In this document: in pieces, positions 35,643-47,402 of the stretch | Layout of the letters: each line of letters starts with the position of its first letter | How positions within the stretch are numbered: position 1 is the first letter of the stretch | Source: Steroidobacteraceae bacterium | GTDB taxonomy: Bacteria; Pseudomonadota; Gammaproteobacteria; Steroidobacterales; Steroidobacteraceae | DNA: 64,000 nucleotides | Assembly (NCBI GenBank): GCA_036499585.1 | Contig: DASYDM010000004.1 | Location: 264,361 to 328,360, forward strand | Direction: 5' to 3' | Program-made: the position numbers and the translations under genes | Notes under the pieces: model-generated | The model's database searches: none | Told to the model about the DNA's origin: nothing | The model's input: the letters and a program-made list of their open reading frames with translations, nothing else

Positions 35643-38600
35643 TTACAGAAGCGTGTCGGGCGTTCCGTACAGGGCGAAGGCGGCCCACACGTGTGGCGAG
35701 TGCGTCCGCAAAGCATCGAGTTGGGCATGCCGCAGAGCCACTCCGGCACTCTGATGGTCAATCAGCAGATATCTGTAGAACGTCTGCATGAAATCCGCAG
35801 TGGCGTCGTCGTCGATCCGCCAATAGCTGGCCAGGACCGCGGCGGCGCCGGCCTCGAGAAAGGCCTGTGCGGGCCCGAGTACGCCCTCTCCGGGCAGCAG
35901 CTTCCCGCGTGAGGTGTCGCATGCGCTCAGCACAACCAGTTTCGAGTTGAGTCGCAGGCGCAGGATGTCGAGCAGCCCGAACGCCGAGGTGGCCGGAGTG
36001 TCCTTAGGGTCGGGCGTCAACGCCAAAGCCGACAGTCTGGGGCGCTGCGCGTCTACTCTGGCATGCGTGGCGATATGGAGGAGGTCCGGTCCTGCGCTCG
36101 CGGCAGCCTTCAGTCCACTGGCAACCGCGTTGCATCCCAGGAGAGTTTCGACGTGACTGAGTGGCCGCGCCTGGCGTGCCAACATCGCGACCATGGAAAT
36201 TTCGGCTCGCGAGCCGGGCAGTCGGGGCAGACTTTCGGTCCAGTCGGTCATCGTGCGCTCGGCATGTGCCGTTCGCGGTTCGGGGGCCGCGCTCTTCCCC
36301 TCGATGCACTCCCGACGCCAGTCGGCTACCCGGAATACCGGATCGCCGATGAGCTCGATGCGAGGCGCCGCCCGAGGTGTCTGCCGGGTCGCGGGCCGCG
36401 TGATGAACATGACCGCAGGGGCCACGGATGTTTCGAAGTGTTGCACGAGGAGATCCGTTGCCGAGTGGGTCCATGGCAAGACGGCGAACGGAATCGTGTG
36501 CAGGGCATCGTCGGGTACGAAAATCAGCCGGCGCGTTGCCAGACGGTCGCGTAGCGGCCATATGACAAGTCGAGCGAGCCGTTCGGACGCTTGACTGATG
36601 AGTGAGGGACGTGACTCCGGATCTCTCAGGACATCGCGGAGAGCCGTCGCGGCGTCCGTCACCGCGTCCCGGTCCCCGAGGCGCACGACATCTACACCTT
36701 TCGCACTGACGACAAACGCGAATAGGTTCTGCATGCCGACGGCGTATTCAACCGCGGTCGCTTCGAGCCGCCCCAGCGTCTGCGTCAGTGCGTCGCGCTC
36801 GATCGTCTGGATCGGTGTGCCGATGGTCTGATGGCTCGCTACTTCCCCCAGCCGCCGTACCAATTCGTCGGAGGCAGACACGGGAATGCCTTGCAGGGCC
36901 ACGATGTCCTGTACGTATTTTCCGTATGCGCCCTCCGAAACGGTCGCTTCAGCCGCTGCGTCCCGGGCCTGCTGCGACTCCGCGAATCGCAGGCTTCGAG
37001 CCCGTCCCCGTTCCGAAGTCTCGAACGCCTGCCAGGCGGACCCCTTGCCTAGGCTGGCCTGCGTAGCCAGGAGGTCGGTCAACTGCGCGAACGCTTCGTG
37101 TTGGGTCGCGAGGAAGGTGGCGCGCTTCTCACCATCGAGCTCGTCGATTGGTACGGCTTCCGCAACACGCTCGGCGACTTCCAGTGCGCGTCCGGCCTCG
37201 TCGGGTCGCCGGGTGTTTGCGGAGGCAACGAGGCGCAACGAGGTAACCGTCTGCTCGACGTCGCCACGCGCCACACTCGAATGCAGGGCCTCGTTCGCAT
37301 CCTGCAGCGCGCGAGTTTCGTTTTTGGCCAGAAGCTCTGATCTCACCAGGCCCAGCTGGGCGGTACCGCGCCGCCCGTTTCCCGCAGGAATGTTGGCGCG
37401 GTCAGCTATTCGCAGCGCCTTGTCGAAAGAAGACCGCGCAGCGGCCGGCTTGCCTTTGACCAGGAAGCCGTCGCCCTCCGCGGATGCGAGCTTCATCTGC
37501 GTGCGGGTGTCAGTGGCGTAGGGGCGGGCGGCGTTCAGGCAGCGTTGGGACTGAACGGTCTCGCCCTCGAACCCCAGAGTATCGTGCAGCCAGTAAAGGG
37601 CATCGAAGACAGTCGCGAGGTTGTCCGCGCCGAGCATGCCTGGGTCGATGGGTTCGGCGCACAGATCCGCCCGGTTGTTATCCAGGTTGGGGGTGCCGCT
37701 CGCGACTTCGGGCGTCGTTTCGGGTGACCCGGGCGTGGGGAGCGAGGCGACGGCGTAGTTCATGAGTGCCGGGCAATCGAGCGAGGCGGCGTTCTGCAGC
37801 GCCCCTTCCGCATCCGCCAGTTCGCCGATCTGTGACAGCACGGCCCCGATGCGAGCCAGGCTCCGGCGCACCCCGGAGCAATCACCGATCCGAGCGTACG
37901 CCCGCATCGCCTCCGTATAGCTGCGCTGACTTTCGCTGAACAACCCGACCCGGGCCTGCACCCTGCCGAGATTGTTGCGGATGTCGGCCACCAGTCGCGC
38001 GTAACGCCGGGAATCCAGACGCCGCAGGGCTTCGCCGTACACCGCCAGGGCTTGTGAGAAATGGCCGTTTTCCTCTGCCAGCACCGCCAGGTTCTGACTG
38101 CCGGTCCCGTAGCACTCCCAATCGCCCAACTGCGCGCAGCGACGCGACGCTTGCGCAAACAGGGGCTGCGCTTTGGCGGCGGCGTCCAGCTTATATTCAA
38201 GGAGTCCGGTCACGAGGTCGAGGCGTGGGAGCTCGCGTGTTGACGCGGGGCCATCCGCCCACACCTGTCTTGCCGCCGCCAACCGCTCTCGGATCCGCGG
38301 TTCGATTGCGGGCAGACCGTCGCGATCCTCCGGCATATCGATCAACGACTTCGCTTGGAGCGCAGCCAGCGCTCCCATGGCGGCCGCGTCGGTCGTTGGC
38401 GAGTAGTCGTCCATTGCCTGGGCGGACAGGGCGTAGGCATCGCGCTTGTGGTCGAAGCGACGGTACGCAAGCTCCGCCATGGCGTGCCTCGCACGGCCTG
38501 CGGGTTCTCTCAACCCTAGTTGGTCGAAGACGCGTGCCGCACGCAGATAGCTGGCGAAGGCCGCTTCCCAGTCAGTCGTCTGGACTGCTATCCCAGCGTC

Positions 38601-39074
38601 CGCGAAGTCCCTCGCGGGTCGTTCCATCGGGGAGTGCGGAGGAAGGACTCGGGCGGCAACGCAGACTTGTCCTTGGACATCGCGGGAGTCTTCGGAGCGG
38701 ATGTGGACGGTGGCCGTCTCACCGGGTCTGGTGTCGCTCACCAGCGCGATGGTTCCCAATCGGTCCACCGGCGACGCGCCTGACCGCGCGATTGTTGGCC
38801 CCAGCGCCGCCGTCGGAGACCCCGGCGTGGCCACGCCCGCCGGCGCCGAACTTTGACGTCCTAACGAGGCGGACACCGCGATGCCTCGTTCCTCGAGCGT
38901 CACCACGAGAGTGCCGCCGGGTGAGCGAATCGGCACGGAAGCCGGCGTCTCACCGCCGACCGAAAGACATTTCTGCTCGAATATCGGCGGCGGAATTTCG
39001 GTCCCACAGGAGCTGAGCAGCGCGACGCAAAACGCGAGCGCCCAATAGCCCACTGCCCGTGAATGACTCTTCAT
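35643..39074 (-). CDS. TPR-repeat CHAT-domain (caspase-like, clan CD) lipoprotein
   Basis: 1143 aa. Lipoprotein signal [23 protein letters not shown]. Central TPR-like helical repeats. C-terminal CHAT domain with candidate catalytic His (LLHIATHA) and Cys ([11 protein letters not shown]). Confidence 0.85.
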   Translation of the reverse strand: MKSHSRAVGYWALAFCVALLSSCGTEIPPPIFEQKCLSVGGETPASVPIRSPGGTLVVTLEERGIAVSASLGRQSSAPAGVATPGSPTAALGPTIARSGASPVDRLGTIALVSDTRPGETATVHIRSEDSRDVQGQVCVAARVLPPHSPMERPARDFADAGIAVQTTDWEAAFASYLRAARVFDQLGLREPAGRARHAMAELAYRRFDHKRDAYALSAQAMDDYSPTTDAAAMGALAALQAKSLIDMPEDRDGLPAIEPRIRERLAAARQVWADGPASTRELPRLDLVTGLLEYKLDAAAKAQPLFAQASRRCAQLGDWECYGTGSQNLAVLAEENGHFSQALAVYGEALRRLDSRRYARLVADIRNNLGRVQARVGLFSESQRSYTEAMRAYARIGDCSGVRRSLARIGAVLSQIGELADAEGALQNAASLDCPALMNYAVASLPTPGSPETTPEVASGTPNLDNNRADLCAEPIDPGMLGADNLATVFDALYWLHDTLGFEGETVQSQRCLNAARPYATDTRTQMKLASAEGDGFLVKGKPAAARSSFDKALRIADRANIPAGNGRRGTAQLGLVRSELLAKNETRALQDANEALHSSVARGDVEQTVTSLRLVASANTRRPDEAGRALEVAERVAEAVPIDELDGEKRATFLATQHEAFAQLTDLLATQASLGKGSAWQAFETSERGRARSLRFAESQQARDAAAEATVSEGAYGKYVQDIVALQGIPVSASDELVRRLGEVASHQTIGTPIQTIERDALTQTLGRLEATAVEYAVGMQNLFAFVVSAKGVDVVRLGDRDAVTDAATALRDVLRDPESRPSLISQASERLARLVIWPLRDRLATRRLIFVPDDALHTIPFAVLPWTHSATDLLVQHFETSVAPAVMFITRPATRQTPRAAPRIELIGDPVFRVADWRRECIEGKSAAPEPRTAHAERTMTDWTESLPRLPGSRAEISMVAMLARQARPLSHVETLLGCNAVASGLKAAASAGPDLLHIATHARVDAQRPRLSALALTPDPKDTPATSAFGLLDILRLRLNSKLVVLSACDTSRGKLLPGEGVLGPAQAFLEAGAAAVLASYWRIDDDATADFMQTFYRYLLIDHQSAGVALRHAQLDALRTHSPHVWAAFALYGTPDTLL

Positions 39075-39160
39075 GCCGACGGTCTTTGCCTATGCACCTG
39101 TGGCGCTACAGCTACGGTATGCTGCCAGTGCGCTCCGATCCAAGTCTGCGAGGGGACGAC

Positions 39161-41329
<2,169 letters not shown>

Positions 41330-41362
41330 CTTCCGCACCGGATTCTCACGAGTTTCTGCGCG

Positions 41363-41386
41363 AACGGCCCGCTTTGGCGGGCTGTT
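41363..41386 (+). terminator. Hairpin downstream of acs
   Basis: AACGGCCCGC-TTTG-GCGGGCTGTT (9/10 bp stem), 34 nt after the acs stop. The T-tract is weak. Confidence 0.4.
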
Positions 41387-41440
41387 CGATCGCGGATATT
41401 CCGGTCATTCTTCTGGCGACTGATAGTCAAGGAGTGACCC

Positions 41441-41821
41441 ATGAATCGAAAGACCCTCCCCGCGCCGGCCATCCGATCGGGTTCTGCTTCCGCGGCGGCC
41501 TCGGCCCGCCATGCGGATCTCTTCGGCATCGCTTACCTGAATGTGGTGTTGGAAGACGCCGATCAGGACGAGCTCGTGGCGGCGTTGTGTCGGATCGCGC
41601 GCTCGAGGGGTGGTGCGCGGCTGGTAGAGAAGATCGAACTCAATGCCTCGGCGTTGTTCCGAACGCTCTGCCTTCGCGGAAATCCGGAGCTCAAGAGCGC
41701 CGCGACACTGCTCAGATCCCTGGGCATGCGGTTGGCCGTTCAGCCGATCCAGCCGCCGCGCAAGCTAGGCAGCGGTACTGCACCGCTTTCGCTTCTGCCT
41801 TCACGCCTCAAACCTGGATGA
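41441..41821 (+). CDS. Addiction-module antidote-type HTH protein (HigA/TIGR02684-like), no toxin partner
   Basis: AAGGAG SD. The central region YLNVVLEDADQDELVAALCRIARSRGGARLVEKIELNASALFRTLCLRGNPELKSAATLLRSLGMRLAV matches, from memory, the pattern of the antidote proteins that follow RelE/ParE-like killer genes. The ~110 nt upstream are too short for a toxin. Confidence 0.55.
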   Translation: MNRKTLPAPAIRSGSASAAASARHADLFGIAYLNVVLEDADQDELVAALCRIARSRGGARLVEKIELNASALFRTLCLRGNPELKSAATLLRSLGMRLAVQPIQPPRKLGSGTAPLSLLPSRLKPG

Positions 41822-41843
41822 GCGGCTTCCCAGCCTCAAAGCG

Positions 41844-41921
41844 GGGTGAGGGCCTTCCCGAACGGTGTGACTGCACCCTCGATGGGGGGCTGCACCCTCA
41901 AGGGTGAGGTAAGGGTGAGGT
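41844..41921. repeat. Array of GGGTGAGG / CACCCTC motifs (iteron/operator-like)
   Basis: GGGTGAGG at 41844-41851, 41902-41909 and 41913-41920. The last two lie within a perfect tandem 11-mer AAGGGTGAGGT x2 (41900-41921). CTGCACCCTC occurs at 41871-41880 and 41890-41899, and its core is the reverse complement of GAGGGTG. Confidence 0.8.
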
Positions 41922-41971
41922 ACGTATCTTGCGTTACGTTCAGTGAGCAAACCCGGTTTAGCGAGGCCATC

Positions 41972-42331
41972 ATGGGCGAGGTCATTCATGTTGCTTTCGG
42001 CACGGAGCGTGAATGGGAACAAACGCGCAACAAGACCGTAGACGGGCTCGTCGCGATTGGCACTCTATTCGGCGACGACGAGATACTCATGCGGGCGAAG
42101 GCCGACTGCGTGTATCAGGTCCTTCGTCAGATCGTTGAAGAGGTTCCTTCAGTCCAGATCACGACCCGCATGCCGGAGAACCTGTCCGAGGAGCAGTTGG
42201 ACGTCATGACGAGCGCCATCAAGGACGCCGCGCTCAGAGGGATCGAGATCGCGATGACCCACTCGGTTCAGGTTTTGATGGGGTCGATCTATGACCTCTG
42301 TACGTCCAAACTGCACGGACGGCCTTCCTGA
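41972..42331 (+). CDS. Hypothetical protein (119 aa), no recognisable family
   Basis: ATG at 41972 (MGEVIHVAFGTEREWEQTRNK...). Codon usage looks less GC-biased than in the neighbours. No motif I can name. Confidence 0.45.
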   Translation: MGEVIHVAFGTEREWEQTRNKTVDGLVAIGTLFGDDEILMRAKADCVYQVLRQIVEEVPSVQITTRMPENLSEEQLDVMTSAIKDAALRGIEIAMTHSVQVLMGSIYDLCTSKLHGRPS

Positions 42332-42390
42332 TACGGCAAAGCCTTCATATGTCGCCGTGGGCCGACAGAGCTGACGCGCCGGCAAGCCCG

Positions 42391-42990
42391 TCAGGGGCCG
42401 GCCGCCGGTAGCCGCACCGAATACGAAATCCCCACCTCGTTCCCGACCCATTCCGTCGACTTCCACTCACCCTGGCCGATTCCGAAGTCGAGGCGCTTCA
42501 CTGTTGCCAGGCCTGTGAGGTAGTTGACGGGTTTACCCTGCTCGGTCGCGGTCCGCAGCGTGAAGGGAACGTGCGTGTCATGGGTAACGCCTCGCATCGT
42601 CAGCTTGCCAACGGCTTCGAAACCCGCCGCGGTCTTGACGATCTGGGTCGAAGTAAAGCGCGCCTGCGGATTTTTTTTGACGTCGAACAGATCCGACCCG
42701 CGCAGCGTCTCGTCCCGCTCTTTATCACCCGTGTCGAGCGAGGCCATGTCGATCACGACATCCAGCTTGCTCGCGCCGAGGTTGTCGGCCGCAAAGTCCA
42801 AGGTCACCGTGTATTTCCTGAAGGCCCCCTTGTTCTTAGCGCCCGCCTGCATGAACGAGTACTCGAGTGAGCTCTTGGTCAGGTCCTGGGTGAAGTGGGC
42901 CGCGGCGCCTGCCGAGAGTGCGAGGGGGGGCACTGCCAGGCAGGCCAACACAGCCGAGGCGAGTGCAGCCGAGCGGAGAATCATGGTCAA
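42391..42990 (-). CDS. YceI-family periplasmic polyisoprenoid-binding protein
   Basis: Signal peptide plus a YceI-like core (SLEYSFMQAGAKNKGAFRKY...GKLTMRGVTHD...). 4-nt overlap with the upstream cytochrome b561 gene. Confidence 0.85.
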   Translation of the reverse strand: MTMILRSAALASAVLACLAVPPLALSAGAAAHFTQDLTKSSLEYSFMQAGAKNKGAFRKYTVTLDFAADNLGASKLDVVIDMASLDTGDKERDETLRGSDLFDVKKNPQARFTSTQIVKTAAGFEAVGKLTMRGVTHDTHVPFTLRTATEQGKPVNYLTGLATVKRLDFGIGQGEWKSTEWVGNEVGISYSVRLPAAGP

Positions 42991-43550
42991 TCCTTATCGG
43001 GAGAGTGGGAAAAAGGGAGCATCCTTCGCAAGACATCGTCCTTGAGCACGAAGTGGTGCTTGAGCGCCGCGGCGATGTGCAGGAACACCACGACCCCAAG
43101 CCCGATCGCAAGCCAATCGTGGGTGGTCAACAGGGCGTCATACAAGGTCTGGTCCTTGGGAACGAGGTCGGGCAGCTGCACCAGCCCGAACCAACTTACC
43201 GGAAAGCCGCGCGCCGATGACATCAGCCAGCCGGAGATCGGCATGGCAAACAATAAAAAGTACAGCGCCCCGTGCGTGAAGCTTGCCAGAACACGCTCGT
43301 ACGGCTTGAGTGTGTGCGGCAACACGGGCGTTGGGTTCAACCGGCGCCAGATCAAACGCAGGATCGCGAGCACCAGGATGGTGATTCCGAATGACTTGTG
43401 CCGGGCCAGCATGGCAAGCTTTTTCATGCCCAGTGGCAGATCGTCTGCAATCAGTGCCAGGGTGACCTGCACCGCGAGGAGAACGACGATCAGCCAGTGC
43501 AACAACTGCGAGACGGAACCCCAACGGCGGATAGTATTTCTAATTGCCAT
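42987..43550 (-). CDS. Cytochrome b561 family protein
   Basis: Start at MAIRNTIRRWGSVSQLLHWLIVVLL (ATG 43550). Four TM helices with conserved His (LHW, ARHKSFG, THGALY, FLHIAAALKHH). The 80 upstream codons of the track ORF are Arg-rich junk. Confidence 0.85.
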   Translation of the reverse strand: MAIRNTIRRWGSVSQLLHWLIVVLLAVQVTLALIADDLPLGMKKLAMLARHKSFGITILVLAILRLIWRRLNPTPVLPHTLKPYERVLASFTHGALYFLLFAMPISGWLMSSARGFPVSWFGLVQLPDLVPKDQTLYDALLTTHDWLAIGLGVVVFLHIAAALKHHFVLKDDVLRRMLPFSHSPDKD

Positions 43551-43568
43551 GACACTTAGCTTAAGCGC

Positions 43569-44426
43569 GTGACCGTGTCCTGCAAAATCTCCCGGCCGGG
43601 AACGGCCGGTGTACGTGCCAGGGCGGCCTGTCTTCGGGCCGGTCTTCCGGCGGGTCTTCTGACGGGACTTCTGGTTGCGTGCACGGGTCCGTCGCGACCA
43701 ACGGCGGGGCCGCAGCACGTTCCGGTTCCGAGCCAGTCTGGTGGTCCATCCGGCAGCACGAGCACCGGCGTCGCTCCGGCGGCTCCTCACCTTGGGCGCC
43801 CCTACGACGTGATTCCGAGCGAGTCACTTCTAACGATCCTCGCGTATCGGGCTGGCGCGCTCTCCAAGATGGGCCACAACCATGTCATTGCATCGCACGA
43901 CGTCTCCGGTACCGTCTATGTGACCGACAACCTCGCGCAGAGCAGCGTTGAAATTCGCCTCCCCGTGCTGGGGCTCACCGTTGATGAGGCTCCCCTTCGG
44001 GCCAAGGAGGGGGCTGACTTTTCGGCGGCCGTGCCGGATGACGCGAAAGACGGGACGCGGAAGAACATGCTGAGCGAGGCGCTGCTCGACGGCGCGCACA
44101 GCCCTCAGATCACCTTGCGCTCAACGGCTATGGAAGTTGTCGGTACCGGCAGCCCCGGCGGTACCCGCGGCGGCTCTCCGGCCGGATCGGCTACTGACGC
44201 CGGCGACGTGAGGGCTCATCTCCAAGTCACCGTACGACAGGCGACTCGCGACATCCTGGTGCCCGTGCACTATGAGGTGCGAGCGGGCGAGATCGTCGCC
44301 TCGGGCGAGCTGCCGCTCAAACAGTCTGACTTGGGGCTCACGCCGTTTTCCGCGATGCTGGGTGCGCTGCAGGTGCAGGACGAGATGCGTGTGAAGCTCC
44401 GCTTCGTCGCCCGCGCCGCACGCTAA
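43569..44426 (+). CDS. YceI-like domain lipoprotein
   Basis: Lipobox LLVAC. YceI-like segment SLLTILAYRAGALSKMGHNHVIASHDVSGTVYV ... LQVQDEMRVKLRFVA. The exact start is uncertain (GTG 43569). Confidence 0.65.
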   Translation: MTVSCKISRPGTAGVRARAACLRAGLPAGLLTGLLVACTGPSRPTAGPQHVPVPSQSGGPSGSTSTGVAPAAPHLGRPYDVIPSESLLTILAYRAGALSKMGHNHVIASHDVSGTVYVTDNLAQSSVEIRLPVLGLTVDEAPLRAKEGADFSAAVPDDAKDGTRKNMLSEALLDGAHSPQITLRSTAMEVVGTGSPGGTRGGSPAGSATDAGDVRAHLQVTVRQATRDILVPVHYEVRAGEIVASGELPLKQSDLGLTPFSAMLGALQVQDEMRVKLRFVARAAR

Positions 44427-44464
44427 CCTGTCACGCGAGTTGTCTCACCGGGCTCGCACGCTGA

Positions 44465-44480
44465 CCCGCCCCGCGGCGGG
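44465..44480. terminator. GC hairpin between convergent genes
   Basis: CCCGCC-CCGC-GGCGGG between the YceI-like gene stop (44426) and the S46 peptidase stop (44488). No clear U-tract. Confidence 0.3.
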
Positions 44481-44487
44481 CTGCCCC

Positions 44488-46590
44488 TCACTTCATCCCC
44501 AGCTCGCTGAGCAGCGCGTCAGCCTTGTACACCTTCTGAAGCGCCACACGGATGATAGCGGGGTCGACGGCGACCGCCCGGTTGCGTTCCGCGTCGAACC
44601 AGAACGAACCCGAGATCGAGTGGATATTGCCGTCGAAGATCAATCCCACTACTCGCCCCTGGGCGTCGATCAGCGGACTTCCGGAGTTTCCACCCACGAT
44701 ATCGTTGTTGGTCGAGAGGTTGAAGGGCGTGTTGGGGTCCAGCGTGTTCTTGGCGGCGAGCCAGTTCGCGGGCACCTTGAACGGGTCCTGTCCGGTGTCT
44801 CGCTCATACAGGCGCTTGAGCCGGGAGAACGGCTCGACCGTATGGTCCGGCTCCTTCCAGCCCTGCACCGTGCCGAAGTTCAGTCGCAGCGTGAAGTTGG
44901 CATCTGGCGGTGCGCCGGTGCCGAACACCTTGAACCGCGCCCGCGCGATTTTCTCCGAGGCCGCCTGTTCGGGCGCTTCCACGCCGTCTTCGTAGCGCTT
45001 GCGAATCGCACGTGAGGCGGCATCGACCCGCCTCGCGAGTTGAATCATCGGATCCGTAGACTGATCGATCGCTTTCTGACCGCCGGTCCACAACTGCAGG
45101 CGCACCTGGGGGTCGGCCAGCTTACTGTTGTTCACGGCCCGGGCCGCGAGGGTGTCCGGGGAATCCTTCGCCAGGAGCTGGCGCACCACAGGGTCATCCG
45201 GGCCGAGCCATTCCCGCATCCGCTCGAGGGAGTACGACAGGGTCATCTTCTCGAGGTCCGGGTGCACCGGCAATTTCGCCCGCAGCTGCTGCTCGATTCT
45301 CGGTAAGGCCGTGTCACGGTATTCGCGTAGACGCTCCCCGCTGGCCTTGGATCGCTCTGCCGCGCCCCGCACGAGCGCACGTGCGTAGCGAAACAAAGCG
45401 CTGCTGAACCCACCGGCCGACTCCAGATACGTATACGGGACCCAAATATCCCGCTTGATCAGCTCAGCCCGAGAGATCTCCCCCCAAGGATCGCCGGTCG
45501 CCGCCTTCAACTGTGGATCGGCCTCTACCTTGGCGCGCAGATCCCGCTCCTCCTGGATTTTTGTGGCGAACAGCCGCTCGTCGTCGAGCGCATCCAGGAG
45601 CTTGCGCCGCACCTTGATCGAGTTCTCGATGCCCTCGAGAGGCTGCTCGACGATCCGCCGCGCCTCCGCGCTCGCCTTGCCGAACTGGATGTAACGGCCA
45701 CGCAGCTCGGAATTGCGGATCAACCATTGCGGGTAGTCGACTGCCTGCAGCGTGCGCAGCTGCGACACCGTCAGCAGGCGATCCGTGGATCCGGGGTGTC
45801 CCGACACGAATACCAACTGGCCCGCCGTCGGGCCGTTCGGGGCAAGCTGCAGAAAGTTCGTCGGAGTGACCGGCTTGCCGCTCGAGTCGTAGGCCCGCAG
45901 GATCGACAGGTCCAGGCACCAGCGCGGGAACTGGAAGTTGTCCGGGTCGCCGCCAAATGCGGCAATCGCATACTCGGGCGCGAAGACCAGGCGGACGTCG
46001 TCGTAGCGCTTGTACTTGTAGAGCCAGTACTGACCACCGTCATACAGATCGACCGACTCGCACTTGAGCGGCCCCTGCTTTCCCGTGGCGCTGGCCTGCT
46101 CGCAGGCCTGCTCGAGTTGGGTCAGGGTCTTCTTGCGCGCATCGTTGGCGGCCGTGTCACTCAACCCGCGGGTGGCCGCATCCACCTTCGCGGTGATGTT
46201 CTCCATCTCCATGAGCACGTCGGCGATCTGGGTGCGGCAGCGCACCTCACGCTCGCGCGTCGCGGCCAGGAATCCATTCCCGAACAGGTTGCTCTGTTGG
46301 GTCGAGTTCTCATCGAGGCAGGCCGCCGAACAATGATGGTTGGTCAGGATCAGCCCGGTGGCCGACACGAACGAGGCCGTGCAGTTGGACAAACGGACCG
46401 TCGAAGTCCGCACCCGGTCCAGCCACGCCGGCGTAATGTCGGTACCGTACCTCTGCTTCACCAGCGCCGCGGGGAAGTCCTGGTAGGTCCACATGCCTTC
46501 GTCGGCCCTGGCCGCCGGCGCGAACGCCAGGAGCGTCAGACTCAATGCGGCCGTGAATACCGTGGCTCTGAAGGCTGTCGCAGCGCGCAT
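44488..46590 (-). CDS. S46-family dipeptidyl-peptidase (DPP7/DPP11-like)
   Basis: Signal peptide then the hallmark DEGMW N-terminus, TNHHC (His), and GGNSGSPLID (Ser). Confidence 0.85.
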   Translation of the reverse strand: MRAATAFRATVFTAALSLTLLAFAPAARADEGMWTYQDFPAALVKQRYGTDITPAWLDRVRTSTVRLSNCTASFVSATGLILTNHHCSAACLDENSTQQSNLFGNGFLAATREREVRCRTQIADVLMEMENITAKVDAATRGLSDTAANDARKKTLTQLEQACEQASATGKQGPLKCESVDLYDGGQYWLYKYKRYDDVRLVFAPEYAIAAFGGDPDNFQFPRWCLDLSILRAYDSSGKPVTPTNFLQLAPNGPTAGQLVFVSGHPGSTDRLLTVSQLRTLQAVDYPQWLIRNSELRGRYIQFGKASAEARRIVEQPLEGIENSIKVRRKLLDALDDERLFATKIQEERDLRAKVEADPQLKAATGDPWGEISRAELIKRDIWVPYTYLESAGGFSSALFRYARALVRGAAERSKASGERLREYRDTALPRIEQQLRAKLPVHPDLEKMTLSYSLERMREWLGPDDPVVRQLLAKDSPDTLAARAVNNSKLADPQVRLQLWTGGQKAIDQSTDPMIQLARRVDAASRAIRKRYEDGVEAPEQAASEKIARARFKVFGTGAPPDANFTLRLNFGTVQGWKEPDHTVEPFSRLKRLYERDTGQDPFKVPANWLAAKNTLDPNTPFNLSTNNDIVGGNSGSPLIDAQGRVVGLIFDGNIHSISGSFWFDAERNRAVAVDPAIIRVALQKVYKADALLSELGMK

Positions 46591-46610
46591 CCATCATCCC
46601 CTTCGAGGCT

Positions 46611-47333
46611 CTATGAGCCCGCTTCTTGTAGCAATAGGAGCATCGTCCCCTCGGGGGTTTCGATCAAGGCGTTGGACTTCCTGTCCAACCCGCGCGGGAG
46701 TTCCCGCGAGAAGGCCACTCCCAGCTCCTGAAGTCCCGACAGCCGCCCAGCCATCTCCGGATCGCTGAAGACGAGCAACGGCGCGTCGCTGGTGCGCGCG
46801 CGATGGAAGGCTATGTCGAGGTGATCGCTGGTCAGTGGCAGGTGCAGGTAGGGTTCTTCTTCTTCGCCGGTCGCCACGAACCCCAACGGCTCCCAGAACT
46901 CCCGTGCCTCGTCGAAGTCCGCCATCGGCAGACTGATCTCGTTGAAATAACCGCACGGCGACTGGTAGGTTCCCGGCCCGGCCGCCGGAGAATAGGTCCG
47001 GGCCTCGAGGATCGACACGGCGTGACCGGCGGGATCGCTGAAGCCGATTTCGTTGAAGATGTCCTCGCCCGTGTGGCACACCGTGAGATCGATGCCCCGG
47101 GAGGTGAATTCCTCGAGGGCGCCGGCGATTCCCGGTCGCACGAAGGTCAATGTGGGCGATGCGAAATGGCGTTGATGCAGGCCGATGAACAACCGGCCGT
47201 CCGTGAGCACGCCGTAGGGGTGCGTCCAGGTGTCCGTGGTGCTGGCCTGGACGAACCCCAAGCGCTCGTAGAATTGCACCGACTCGCGGATGTCCGCGGT
47301 CTCGATGCTGACTTCGTGAAAGCGTCCGAGCAC
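46611..47333 (-). CDS. Two-domain VOC (glyoxalase/bleomycin-resistance/dioxygenase) family protein
   Basis: MLGRFHEVSIETADIRESVQFYERLGF and a second-half repeat, FNEISLPMADFDEAREFWEPLGF. Confidence 0.72.
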   Translation of the reverse strand: MLGRFHEVSIETADIRESVQFYERLGFVQASTTDTWTHPYGVLTDGRLFIGLHQRHFASPTLTFVRPGIAGALEEFTSRGIDLTVCHTGEDIFNEIGFSDPAGHAVSILEARTYSPAAGPGTYQSPCGYFNEISLPMADFDEAREFWEPLGFVATGEEEEPYLHLPLTSDHLDIAFHRARTSDAPLLVFSDPEMAGRLSGLQELGVAFSRELPRGLDRKSNALIETPEGTMLLLLQEAGS

Positions 47334-47402
47334 GGCAGGTAGTCAGGTGGGGGTTGCTGTCGTCGGGGCTGCGGCCGTAAGGCGCTTCGGTGCGTCCGCC
47401 GG

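Noticed and set aside
39059-39160. 34-codon N-terminal extension of acs in the track ORF
   Set aside because: [16 protein letters not shown] at 39161 matches the usual Acs N-terminus. The extension lies in the divergent promoter region shared with the CHAT gene.
41330-41440. Search for a toxin remnant upstream of the antidote-like gene
   Set aside because: Only about 110 nt are available, and they are mostly the acs terminator hairpin and the SD. I could see no RelE/ParE-like reading frame.
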